IMG/VR virus record: IMGVR_UViG_3300037424_000299
Location: 1 to 46,198 of that record
Direction: 5' to 3' (one strand)
Source: a virus
Lineage: Duplodnaviria > Caudoviricetes
Length of the DNA: 46,198 nucleotides
In this document: positions 34,950 through 43,386 of the stretch, in pieces
How the letters are laid out: every line of letters begins with the position of its first letter
Position numbering within the stretch: the stretch's first letter is position 1
The notes under the pieces: model-generated
Seen by the model: the letters and a program-made list of their open reading frames with translations, nothing else
Databases searched by the model: none
Told to the model about the DNA's origin: nothing
Position numbers and translations under genes: made by a program

Positions 34950-35150
34950 CTATCTCGTCAATTCCTCGAAAACTTCAGCAACGTGGTCAGCCCACATCGC
35001 CACGTCCGCTTTGTATTCCGGTGATCCCGTATCCACCTCCCGCAAGCTGTAGAAGCACGCCGGGTTCAGCGTCTGCGCATACATCGTCAGTAGCTCGTTC
35101 CATTCGGCGTACAGCGGGTCTTTGATCGTCATGCGGAGCATTTCAACCAC
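34950..35150 (-). CDS. Hypothetical protein
   Basis: ORF track. Confidence 0.55.
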   Translation of the reverse strand: MVEMLRMTIKDPLYAEWNELLTMYAQTLNPACFYSLREVDTGSPEYKADVAMWADHVAEVFEELTR

Positions 35151-35950
35151 TTCGGCAAAGCGTCCAGTGTCACCGATCCATAATGCGCCGCTTTGCCACT
35201 GTAATTCATTAGTTTTTGCAGAACCGCCTTACCGTTCGTCACGTCACCTTTGTTGTACTTGAGCACCTTCTTAAGCGTCGCTTCGTCGCCGGTTGACACG
35301 ATACGGTTCCAGTCTGCGTTGCGAATATCGTCCTTGCCTCGAAAACCAAGCCACTGAGACACATAATCAAGTTTGTTGCTCTCGAATGAAAATTTGCTGC
35401 GGGCAATCTTCAGTGTGTCCAGTGTTTTCTTTCCCATCACAGGCTCAAGACCACCTTTCAAAAACCGAGTGTTTGCTCTTCGCATGTCAAATTTATCGAC
35501 ATTGTGACCGGCGATAATATCGGCACTCATCATCAATTCTTGCAGCCTCGGCAATATCCTCTTGTCGTCCCAGGCTAGTGCCTCCTCGGGTGTTACGCAG
35601 TCTGCCCAAACCGTTCGGCTTCCAACGTATGAAGCCGCCCAACAGATGATGTAAGCTTCGTGTATAAGGTTTTCGGGGTCAATGTATTTACTTGGCACCC
35701 TCAGTCCATAGTTGTAAACCTGACTTTTCGATACCTCTAAATCTATATACAGAATGTTCGCCCTTGCTCGATACGGGATAGCAAGAAACGGCAACTCCTC
35801 TTCTTGCGTCCAATTGCAGCGCCAGCACTTCCAAATCCTTAAGTCGTACTCGGTTCCATCTGCGTTTCTAATGTGGTGCCTTTGCTGCACGCCATCTTTC
35901 CCGATCTTAGCCAGCCACCTTTTGCCTCCGCACTTTTCGCAGTTTTGCAA
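35129..35950 (-). CDS. RNase H-like/DEDD 3'-5' exonuclease with N-terminal Zn ribbon
   Basis: YIDLEVS, AGHNVDKFD, DTLKIAR, SNKLDY, YNKGDV; TTG start after GAAAGGAG. Confidence 0.85.
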   Translation of the reverse strand: MQNCEKCGGKRWLAKIGKDGVQQRHHIRNADGTEYDLRIWKCWRCNWTQEEELPFLAIPYRARANILYIDLEVSKSQVYNYGLRVPSKYIDPENLIHEAYIICWAASYVGSRTVWADCVTPEEALAWDDKRILPRLQELMMSADIIAGHNVDKFDMRRANTRFLKGGLEPVMGKKTLDTLKIARSKFSFESNKLDYVSQWLGFRGKDDIRNADWNRIVSTGDEATLKKVLKYNKGDVTNGKAVLQKLMNYSGKAAHYGSVTLDALPKWLKCSA

Positions 35951-35963
35951 TCGTCGCTCCTTT

Positions 35964-36725
35964 CTATGACACCCGCCGATAAGGATGTGGCGGGGTTTCG
36001 CTCGGCTCCAACATCGTCCAGTTGTACGTGTTGAGGTAGACCGGGCGCACGGATACAAACGGGAAAAACGTATAAGGTTCGTCGTCCAGCCAGTAACGGA
36101 TCAAGCCATGAGCAAACGGGAATACCGATGTCTGGCCTGCCCCTTTGACTTCCACGTTGTTGCACACGAGGAATAGATGCGGATGGGTGCGCGGGTGGTA
36201 AAGGTAGTCATCCGGTTCGATGTCCTCGAGCCTCTGGGGGTAGACTTTACCGGGCTTGAGCGGCGGCGGGTTGTTGCCGTCCATCGTGACCAGCCGCCAG
36301 CCGTTGCCGTCAAACTCCGCCGCGTGCGTGTTTCTCGAAAACGTGCGGAACTTGTCGAGCTTCGGGTCTTCTTTCGCGTTCAGGTTTTCGCCCATGATGT
36401 AATTGCGCCATGCGGTCGGGTCGGTTTCGTTTGTAAGCGCCGTTGTCTTTTTGAGCAGGTTGGCAATATTGTTTCTCGACATGCCGTAGTTGATCCCCAC
36501 AATGAAATACTGCCACTGCTTTGATATGATCGTATTGCCCCTGTCCTCAATCAGCATCACCGCCGGGCAACCTGCCCCACCGTAGGCACACGGACGGATA
36601 TCGCCGTCGCCGAAAATCTGCGTGTTGCGGTCTTCGTTGTGAGTCCACAGCGTAAGCCCGCCGTCGGCTACCTTCTCAAGCGGCGCTGTCCAAACACAGC
36701 CGCCGATCTGTGCAACTACACTCAC
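35964..36725 (-). CDS. Hypothetical protein in the lysis-module position
   Basis: ~253 aa, coupled to the SH3-like gene; no known lysin motif seen. Confidence 0.7.
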   Translation of the reverse strand: MSVVAQIGGCVWTAPLEKVADGGLTLWTHNEDRNTQIFGDGDIRPCAYGGAGCPAVMLIEDRGNTIISKQWQYFIVGINYGMSRNNIANLLKKTTALTNETDPTAWRNYIMGENLNAKEDPKLDKFRTFSRNTHAAEFDGNGWRLVTMDGNNPPPLKPGKVYPQRLEDIEPDDYLYHPRTHPHLFLVCNNVEVKGAGQTSVFPFAHGLIRYWLDDEPYTFFPFVSVRPVYLNTYNWTMLEPSETPPHPYRRVS

Positions 36726-37030
36726 GACACCCTCACCCACTGCGTAGCTCGGAATGTTCCAACATCGGGTATCTGCACAGTAAACACCATCTGCGAGTAA
36801 TCCGGGTCTGTCGGCTCCGGGTCGGGCGTGGTAATTGGCGCAACGTCAAGCCACTGCGTTTTTGTCATCCCCCCCACGGGTCCGGTCAGGCGGAAGTATT
36901 CACCCTCGCGGTATCCCATGACAGGAGTCCCGCCTTTGAGTTGGTCCTTTTGCGGACCCCCGACGAACTCCCAAACCTTCGCCACAAGTCCACTTTTGAC
37001 CTTGCCGGTTTCGAGTACAGCTATAGCCAT
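36722..37030 (-). CDS. SH3b-like domain protein
   Basis: AKVWEFVGG...QLKGGTPVMGYREGEYFRL...GMTKTQWL plus a P/T linker. Confidence 0.5.
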   Translation of the reverse strand: MAIAVLETGKVKSGLVAKVWEFVGGPQKDQLKGGTPVMGYREGEYFRLTGPVGGMTKTQWLDVAPITTPDPEPTDPDYSQMVFTVQIPDVGTFRATQWVRVS

Positions 37031-37147
37031 CTATCCTCCGAAATACGCGCGGGCGAACACCCACAGCGAGAACGAGAAAAACGACAACGCGTAATAAAAG
37101 GGTGGATAGTCAAGTAACGCGTTGCACAACTCGTCTAGCCATTTCAT
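37031..37147 (-). CDS. Small TM protein (38 aa)
   Basis: MKWLDEL...FYYALSFFSFSLWVFARAYFGG; ATGA coupling. Confidence 0.5.
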   Translation of the reverse strand: MKWLDELCNALLDYPPFYYALSFFSFSLWVFARAYFGG

Positions 37148-37467
37148 TTCGCCGCCCCTATCAGGTCGTCGCCGCCGTCGCGCTTGTGGCGAATGAACTG
37201 TTCCGGCCTCTTGATACCGTGATCCAGTGCCTGCCTGTACAGCCGCGTAGCCCAATCCCGAAGATCATTAATCATGTGATCCTGGTCAATCGCCCTTTTT
37301 TCTAATTGGGCTAATCGCTCCATGAGGGGCTTTGAGAATTTTTCCCAGGCGGTCGAGATGTCCAAGGAGTTTTGAGACTTGACGCGGCGCGCGGCGGCTA
37401 TGTATCCGATGATCCCGCCAATGCCGATAAGTGCAGTAATGACATGTATAATGTTGTCAGTCGTCAT
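37144..37467 (-). CDS. Membrane protein with coiled coil (lysis module)
   Basis: N-terminal TM followed by a coiled coil. Confidence 0.7.
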   Translation of the reverse strand: MTTDNIIHVITALIGIGGIIGYIAAARRVKSQNSLDISTAWEKFSKPLMERLAQLEKRAIDQDHMINDLRDWATRLYRQALDHGIKRPEQFIRHKRDGGDDLIGAAK

Positions 37468-37503
37468 ACTCTCCCCCTCCGCCGATCTGTGATGTGATTT
37501 ATA

Positions 37504-37709
37504 ATGCTCATTAATGCACCTCCGATGTGCAGAGGCTCCCGCGACTGTCCATCAGCGCGGGAGCCGTGTTTGTAATAGCCGCCTCGTTCGCCCCATTCCC
37601 CGCTAGGGTATACCGTTCTTTTACAATAGTGTAGTAACGGACGACGCGAACGAGGCAGCCCATCAGATTCCCCTCTCTGATTTCCCCGAACATGAAACTA
37701 TTAGAGCAT
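37504..37709 (-). ncRNA. Candidate multibranched structured RNA
   Basis: Eight mutually compatible stems closed by ATGCTC/GAGCAT. Confidence 0.55.
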
Positions 37710-37728
37710 CAACCGTCTGCATGTGGGT

Positions 37729-38049
37729 TCAACCCGCCGCTGATGTAGTAGGTAAGCCTTTGCGGAACGCTACGAGGATCTCAACGAGAGTATGGATCAC
37801 CTCGGAGCCGAGCCACGAAAAAACGCCGGTCAGCAATGAGCCAACAGGCGCAGGGAAGGAAAAGCCAGCCGCATAGAAAAGATCAACCTGCCATGCGTAG
37901 CACAGTCCCAGGTTGAAGCCGATCACCAGAACGAGATCAATAGTCTTTTGATATTGTGCGAAGCGCTCCTGATAAAGCGGCTTGACGAACTGCACCGCAC
38001 GCTCTACCAGCGAAGCCACCAAGGCTAACTGTGAAAATACTTGTTCCAT
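37729..38049 (-). CDS. Holin-like membrane protein
   Basis: ASLVERAVQFVK, 2-3 TM segments, GSLLTG...GSEVIH; RBS AAAGGAG. Confidence 0.7.
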   Translation of the reverse strand: MEQVFSQLALVASLVERAVQFVKPLYQERFAQYQKTIDLVLVIGFNLGLCYAWQVDLFYAAGFSFPAPVGSLLTGVFSWLGSEVIHTLVEILVAFRKGLPTTSAAG

Positions 38050-38085
38050 CTGTACTCCTTTTGATTATTCGACTACTATTCGGTT

Positions 38086-38134
38086 AAACAAAAAGCCGCC
38101 CACGCAAGCCGTTTTTTTGGCTTGGTAGGCGGCT
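38086..38134 (-). terminator. Terminator/attenuator upstream of the holin
   Basis: AGCCGCCTAC...GTGGGCGGCT-TTTTGTTT. Confidence 0.7.
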
Positions 38135-38187
38135 GGGGTTCCAGTCGCATGTCCTCTTCAAGGGGTTCCGTGAAGAGTGTAAATTGT

Positions 38188-38330
38188 TATTCAGGCGGGC
38201 AGGTCGCTACTCCTGCGCTACTGGGGTGTGATGTGACCGGCGGGGATTTCTCCCACAGATGGCAACGAGTGCCAATGAACCGCCTCCAGTTACACGTTAG
38301 CGTGTCTGCTTCCACGCCGCCGCCTGAATA
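38188..38330 (-). ncRNA. tRNA-like RNA with expanded anticodon domain
   Basis: 11-bp closing stem, D-like and T-like arms, GAAA tetraloop; extended -10 TGATATAAT at 38339-38347. Confidence 0.6.
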
Positions 38331-38355
38331 TCTACGTCATTATATCATGATTACA

Positions 38356-38658
38356 CTATCTCTTGTCGAGCTTGTCGTACTCGCCAACAAAGAAACCAGC
38401 CACCTTCCGCAACAGCCGCCCCAGGTCCGGGCGCGTCTTGTGCTCCGCGTCCCACGCGTCAGCGATGGCGTGTACCTGCCGCTCCATTTTCTCCTGCATC
38501 CTGTCAATACGCCTGGAAACGCGCGAGATGTTCTCGCGGTCTGCGGCGATCACCAGCGCATTTTCGCGCGGTATACCAAGCCTCTCCCCCAGCTTGATAG
38601 CCGCTTCCTCTATCCTGTTCAATGTTTCCGGCCCGAATTCATCAGATACATTAGGCAT
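38356..38658 (-). CDS. Hypothetical protein
   Basis: RBS GGAGG, MPNVSDE. Confidence 0.6.
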   Translation of the reverse strand: MPNVSDEFGPETLNRIEEAAIKLGERLGIPRENALVIAADRENISRVSRRIDRMQEKMERQVHAIADAWDAEHKTRPDLGRLLRKVAGFFVGEYDKLDKR

Positions 38659-38891
38659 AATATCCTCCAATGAAAAAAACGACGGCGCCAACGACTAACA
38701 CTGCAAAATCCCTTCTCGGCAGTAAAACAGATACAAATAGCCCAGCATGAACAGCACAAAAAACAACACAGCAAAAACCCGTAAACAATAACCTCGATTA
38801 TCATCCACCCCATTCACTCCTCCGATTCATTATTCATTACAAGACGTAAAATAAACGTTTTAGCATCGTTACAGGCTTTGCAGTTCCGTTA

Positions 38892-38983
38892 GGCTAACGG
38901 TTTGCGTTACTTGCGCGAGCCTTGATTATTGTCCGATTGCGCCTCACGTGGCGAAGCGTCAAGTGCACGCTGTGTTAGAAGGC
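38892..38983 (-). mobile_element. Integron attC-like recombination site
   Basis: TTCTAAC...GTTAGCC ends; the bottom strand folds with an unpaired spacer and two extrahelical bases. Confidence 0.8.
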
Positions 38984-39185
38984 GCTGCGCCAAAGACACG
39001 GCAACACGAGCGTTACCAGCGCAAACACTTGAATCGATAGACAGCATGTGCATATCTTTTGCGTAATCCAACAAAGCGACCACATCGCCATCGTAATAAG
39101 ACCTACATGCACCATTGTGAACGGGTGCTCCATCACAAGACGGATTGCAGTATTCTCCACAAACAGGACATATATCTTTTTGCAT
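38907..39185 (-). CDS. Cassette-borne hypothetical protein (Cys-rich N-terminus; reads into attC)
   Basis: ATG about 14 nt after the G/TT crossover; C-terminus LLTQRALDASP is encoded by the attC. Confidence 0.65.
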   Translation of the reverse strand: MQKDICPVCGEYCNPSCDGAPVHNGACRSYYDGDVVALLDYAKDMHMLSIDSSVCAGNARVAVSLAQRLLTQRALDASPREAQSDNNQGSRK

Positions 39186-39189
39186 AGTA

Positions 39190-39228
39190 GCCTTCTAACT
39201 AGGAATTGGGTGGAAAGTTTCCACCCAA
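39190..39228 (-). mobile_element. attI-like site
   Basis: GTTAGAAGGC core preceded by the 11-bp IR TTGGGTGGAAA-N-TTTCCACCCAA. Confidence 0.55.
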
Positions 39229-39309
39229 ACAGCAAAAATGCGACATCAATTTGCCACGACTACCCACCCGTAGAGTCCGCGGTGCGCTCGCCCGCTGCCG
39301 GGGAGGACG

Positions 39310-39447
39310 TCAAAACGGGATACATCTATCATGATTGCCAATCCACTTAGGTTTACTGCAATCCGCGCACAAGTGTAATGCGCCAGCAATAATATGCGGA
39401 AGTGTCCATATGAGAAACCACCGAAACCTGAGGTATACGTCGGTCAT
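39310..39447 (-). CDS. Small hypothetical protein (45 aa)
   Basis: Read manually: MTDVYLRFRWFLIWTLPH...CIPF; ATGA coupling. Confidence 0.45.
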   Translation of the reverse strand: MTDVYLRFRWFLIWTLPHIIAGALHLCADCSKPKWIGNHDRCIPF

Positions 39448-39785
39448 CTGCAACCGAGTCCTTCGGGATTTTCGTCACAACATCCGCGCCAAAACTTTCC
39501 AGAACTGTCCACTATGTAGCACCAGTTTTCACGACACTCCGCCGCGATCTGGCTACCTCTCGCAATCCAGTAGCCAGTGTTGCGCCCGTCCTGCGTGCGG
39601 ACGTAGACGTTTCCAGTGATCGTGACGCGTTCCGGGGTCGGCGTGGTGGTGACATGCGTCGGCCTGTTCACGGTTGCCGCGCCTTGTGTGGATACAGGTT
39701 GCATGGTGCAGGCAAAGGATAATAATAGCAATGCTGTTATTATTGTAAACATGCAGAGCGGGGATTGTAAACGTAGGAGGGTCAT
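39444..39785 (-). CDS. Lipoprotein with T/P linker and SH3b-like domain
   Basis: LLLLSFAC lipobox, TTTPTP, NVYVR...W...G. Confidence 0.65.
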   Translation of the reverse strand: MTLLRLQSPLCMFTIITALLLLSFACTMQPVSTQGAATVNRPTHVTTTPTPERVTITGNVYVRTQDGRNTGYWIARGSQIAAECRENWCYIVDSSGKFWRGCCDENPEGLGCR

Positions 39786-40006
39786 ACTTCGTCTATGTCC
39801 TCTCTGTTGTGCAGTCCTTTGAGCGACATGTATGATAGGATTTCGCCCTCGCTGGCAACGTCAACAGATTTCACGCTGCCGCGGCTGAACTCTTTGACTC
39901 CGTGGCTCCGAGCTTCGGCTTTGTTGTTGGCGCGAATAATGTACCAGTATCCAGACCAATTGCACACATAATAAAAGTTTCTCGGTTTCTCTTTTGTTTT
40001 CATCAT
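39782..40006 (-). CDS. Hypothetical protein
   Basis: RBS GAGGAAGG, MMKTKEK. Confidence 0.55.
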   Translation of the reverse strand: MMKTKEKPRNFYYVCNWSGYWYIIRANNKAEARSHGVKEFSRGSVKSVDVASEGEILSYMSLKGLHNREDIDEV

Positions 40007-40049
40007 TTGCTTCCTTCCTCTGCTATCCGAAAATCTTCGTTCATTCTTC

Positions 40050-40727
40050 TCATTTGTCGGACTCCTTTTGTGCATATTTGCGCCAGTTGCGGGCAGTTCG
40101 ATCATCCACGCCCCACCTGAAACATATTTCCTCAGTTCGTGCGGTACGTAACCAGGAAACATCATCATCGCTCAGTTGTTTCCTGATCTGCCTCCAATCT
40201 ACCTTCAACGCGTTCGCGGAAGTTTCGGAAACTTTCCGGTAATTTTCCGTGCTTTCCGCTTGTGTCACCATCACCACTTGATTACCAACAGCAACACCTC
40301 CAATAAGCAGGTAGGGGGCCACATTGACAAGAAAAGCCCACCAAGTCAACTTCCCCCCCACCCCAAGAACATCTGCCATGCTCGCGTGCGTCACCCGACT
40401 AACAGTGAACGGTACGAGGATCATCACGCCAGTGGACATAAGAGAGAAAACAAGCACAGTCATGACCTTGAAGGGAAAAGACCACTTCTTTCCGTTCGCT
40501 GGCATCTTTCTGCGCCAGCCGTCAAAAAGGTACGTCCCACCGATCACGTCGAGAATCCCCATCCCTAAACCGCTTACGCCCATCATAAATGTAATCATCT
40601 CAGAGAGTAAACCTGTAATCTCTCCCATATCCGAAGCAATAAAAGCGGCCACATAGCGGACAACTGTTACAACCGCCGCAGACCATATAAGGATTGTTGA
40701 GTAGTCATGCCCTTTTTGTTTGCTCAT
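40050..40727 (-). CDS. Four-TM membrane protein with C-terminal HTH
   Basis: Four hydrophobic segments; TEEICFRWGVDDRTARNW. Confidence 0.7.
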   Translation of the reverse strand: MSKQKGHDYSTILIWSAAVVTVVRYVAAFIASDMGEITGLLSEMITFMMGVSGLGMGILDVIGGTYLFDGWRRKMPANGKKWSFPFKVMTVLVFSLMSTGVMILVPFTVSRVTHASMADVLGVGGKLTWWAFLVNVAPYLLIGGVAVGNQVVMVTQAESTENYRKVSETSANALKVDWRQIRKQLSDDDVSWLRTARTEEICFRWGVDDRTARNWRKYAQKESDK

Positions 40728-40785
40728 ATTCTCTCGCTTTTTCACTCACTCACTTGACTTACTCTACGAAATCTTACACAGATAT

Positions 40786-41367
40786 CTAGTGCAAGCGGGG
40801 GAGGGGGACTCCGTCTGCTATTTCCTTGACTGTTTTCCAGTCTCGGACAACATACGGTGAATTCCTCCTGCTCCCTGCCCTAACTATGACTCCGCATTGC
40901 TTCCACAAGTCAAGCATTTCTACAAATTCGCGCCTGATAAACTTCCAGTTCTTGACCCACCTATCCTCTGTCAAATCAACCGGGAAGTTGTTTTCCTTCT
41001 GCCTCAAAATCGTAAATGCTACATACCGTTCTTTGTCGAGTTGCGGAGTTGCTACTACATGAGCGTATTGGACCTTCCCGTCCACACGAATTAGCGGCCT
41101 AAATCCATCAGTGGATGGTTCGGGATCTCGTTCTACCTTCGGCTCTGGTTTTGGCTCATGGTTTCTGTAACCGCATTCCTCCTTTTTGCGTAGGACGATT
41201 CCCCAGTTAATTGTCCACCAGGAAACGCCGCCGTAAAAGTAAAGAACACAGATCCCTAAAACAACATCATACGTCTGTTTTAGGTTATGTCCCATCCACA
41301 GCGCCCCACACCATAAGGCAAACGGGAAAACCAAGTGCCAACCCCGCGACTCTTTGCCACCATACAC
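40786..41367 (-). CDS. Two-TM membrane protein with winged-helix-like C-terminus
   Basis: Two N-terminal TMs; EFVEMLDLWKQCGVIVR. Confidence 0.6.
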   Translation of the reverse strand: MYGGKESRGWHLVFPFALWCGALWMGHNLKQTYDVVLGICVLYFYGGVSWWTINWGIVLRKKEECGYRNHEPKPEPKVERDPEPSTDGFRPLIRVDGKVQYAHVVATPQLDKERYVAFTILRQKENNFPVDLTEDRWVKNWKFIRREFVEMLDLWKQCGVIVRAGSRRNSPYVVRDWKTVKEIADGVPLPRLH

Positions 41368-41370
41368 GAT

Positions 41371-41616
41371 CTATTTTCCCTTCCCTGTTGTCCCCGCCTC
41401 ATCAAAGGCACGCGCCACCGAAAGCGTCATGAAGCGCCCCTGACGCTGGGCAATGTCTCCCCTCGCAGCCGCCTCGCGTAAATAACTGTGTACCGTTCCG
41501 TTGCTGTAACCGGATCGTTCGGCTACGTCAGCAACAGAGGGGGAGCTACCCAACTCTCTTTCGAGATTAGCCAGCGCCCCTACGACTTCCATGATTTGTT
41601 TCTCTCTGTTGTCCAC
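41371..41616 (-). CDS. LexA-type winged-HTH protein (DNA-binding domain only)
   Basis: GSSPSVADVAERSGYSNGTVHSYLREAAARG. Confidence 0.75.
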   Translation of the reverse strand: MDNREKQIMEVVGALANLERELGSSPSVADVAERSGYSNGTVHSYLREAAARGDIAQRQGRFMTLSVARAFDEAGTTGKGK

Positions 41617-41648
41617 TTGTTCAATCCTTCCGTATCGTTGTTTGGATG

Positions 41649-41678
41649 ATTATACACCCAACACCGCCCGCCTGTCAA
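41649..41678 (-). promoter_or_regulatory. Consensus promoter for the HTH/membrane operon
   Basis: TTGACA-18 bp-TATAAT. Confidence 0.75.
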
Positions 41679-42103
41679 TGCCGCCCGCGCCCGATCTTCG
41701 CCAGCGCGTCGCCCATTGACTGCTCGCGTCCACTCAGTAACGGCGGCATATCGGAAACTTCGGCGTCTACCGTTTCCCCATCCGGCAGCCTGGGCAGGGG
41801 GTCGCTGTAGTCGATAGCCTTGCGGCGCATGTAAGCCAGTCCCCACGCGCCCCGCACCTTGTCTGCGTGGTTATTTTGGTGTGCCCGCTCATTGGCTTGA
41901 TAAGATCGCAATGCAATACGCTGCTTCTCTGTCATCTCATCCGCGTTTTTCGGTTGGCTAACGATTGCTCTTGTTCTGGTGCACCGCGGCTGGTGGGGGA
42001 TAATCTGCAAAAAGACGCCTACGCAAACCACAAGCATAGCGCCGCCCTCGGAACCGATCCACCAAACAAAAAATGCGATTATCAAACTTCCCAGAAATAG
42101 CAT
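41675..42103 (-). CDS. Hypothetical membrane protein
   Basis: Two N-terminal hydrophobic stretches. Confidence 0.5.
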   Translation of the reverse strand: MLFLGSLIIAFFVWWIGSEGGAMLVVCVGVFLQIIPHQPRCTRTRAIVSQPKNADEMTEKQRIALRSYQANERAHQNNHADKVRGAWGLAYMRRKAIDYSDPLPRLPDGETVDAEVSDMPPLLSGREQSMGDALAKIGRGRH

Positions 42104-42357
42104 ATCATTTCCCTTTCCCGCCAGGGCGTAGTCCCGAGGGGCGGCGGCGTCCGGCGAATACGTTGAGATGGTCGTTGTTGAACCGTGAGCATGTTTTTGG
42201 CTCCGGTTTCAGCACGTCGTACACAATGCCGAGCGCAAGCAGCAACACGGCAAACGCCACAATCGCGACAATCGGATTCATCGCCGCCTCGGACAAATCA
42301 AGTAGAGGAACAACAGGAACGCGAGGATCTCGCACAGGATGTTGATGGCTTCGGCGA

Positions 42358-42639
42358 TCATTTGACACTTTCCCTTCGTGCGCGGAGTATTGAAACGGCC
42401 TTTCGCATGTCCACGACCTCAGCCCCGTTTGCAATCGCCTTCACGCGGCGAGATGCCGTTAAGTCGTAATGTGGGTGATCTGCGTGATTCTGAAACCATT
42501 CACGGCGCATCCCGATTTTCTCAGCCATCAAGTGTAATTCTTCAAGGTCAAGAGAGTCTGTAAACATGTGACAACTTTCGACAAGTCGCCCGCGAATGTT
42601 CCAGCCCCACTGCACAAGAGGATCAACATATACTGTCAT
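42358..42639 (-). CDS. DUF4031-like protein
   Basis: MTVYVD...CHMFTDS...EELHLMAEKIGMRREWFQ...PHYDLT..RR..AI..GA. Confidence 0.85.
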   Translation of the reverse strand: MTVYVDPLVQWGWNIRGRLVESCHMFTDSLDLEELHLMAEKIGMRREWFQNHADHPHYDLTASRRVKAIANGAEVVDMRKAVSILRARRESVK

Positions 42640-42919
42640 CTCTGCCTCCGTTGTGGAGGGTTATTCGGTGGGCGCATTCCACGCGGAGGCGGGTTCCAAT
42701 GTAAGTCGATCAGGTATCCCGCAAAAAGCAACAGTAGCGAGATTCCGCAGATTATGAGTATCGCGGCGGCGCTCATTTCACCACCCCGCCAAATACAACA
42801 CCGTCGCTATGATCGGCAGCGCCACAATCACCACCAGCCACGCCTCACGATGTGCGCGGGCTATCGCCTCGGGCATCATTTGCTCTGCTTGCTTCGCCGC
42901 GTCTGCGGCCTGTTTGTCG

Positions 42920-43120
42920 TCAAGAAACATTGTTTTCTCCTTTCGCTAATCTTCTGACGTCCGGCAAAAACTCCTTGACGAAAGCAGCGATCTTCCGAAC
43001 ATGCTTAGGATCATGCAGTTCGTCGAAAGTAACTGTCTTGCCGGTGGTCTCCTGCCACACGCGCCAGTACGCGCGGTGAAGGAGTGACGTTATCCTGATG
43101 GTTTTCTTTGCATCATTCAT
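42920..43120 (-). CDS. Hypothetical protein
   Basis: ATGA coupling. Confidence 0.55.
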   Translation of the reverse strand: MNDAKKTIRITSLLHRAYWRVWQETTGKTVTFDELHDPKHVRKIAAFVKEFLPDVRRLAKGENNVS

Positions 43121-43386
43121 TCTGCCTCCCACAAAGCCGATACAATCTCTTCGCGCACGTCCCAGCGGCCATCGGCGTGGATGCTTGCGAAGGTGTCCCA
43201 TTCCACATCGTTCAGCAGCACGAAGGCGTTGTGATCAAAGTCCCAGTCCAGCACGCCCCACGCTTCGCCGTTCCAGTAAACCGGATCGCCTTCCTGGTAT
43301 TCCGCGCCGTGGTCTACGTCTGGCGTGGGAACAATGACCGGATGAAACACAAGCGCGTCGAAGGTGGCTTGTTTCGTGTCGGTCAT
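43117..43386 (-). CDS. Hypothetical protein
   Basis: ATGA coupling. Confidence 0.6.
   Translation of the reverse strand: MTDTKQATFDALVFHPVIVPTPDVDHGAEYQEGDPVYWNGEAWGVLDWDFDHNAFVLLNDVEWDTFASIHADGRWDVREEIVSALWEAE

Noticed and set aside
37534-37550. CCCGCGACTGT resembling a cobalamin riboswitch segment
   Set aside because: It is on the non-coding strand, buried in a perfect hairpin, and the other conserved elements are absent.
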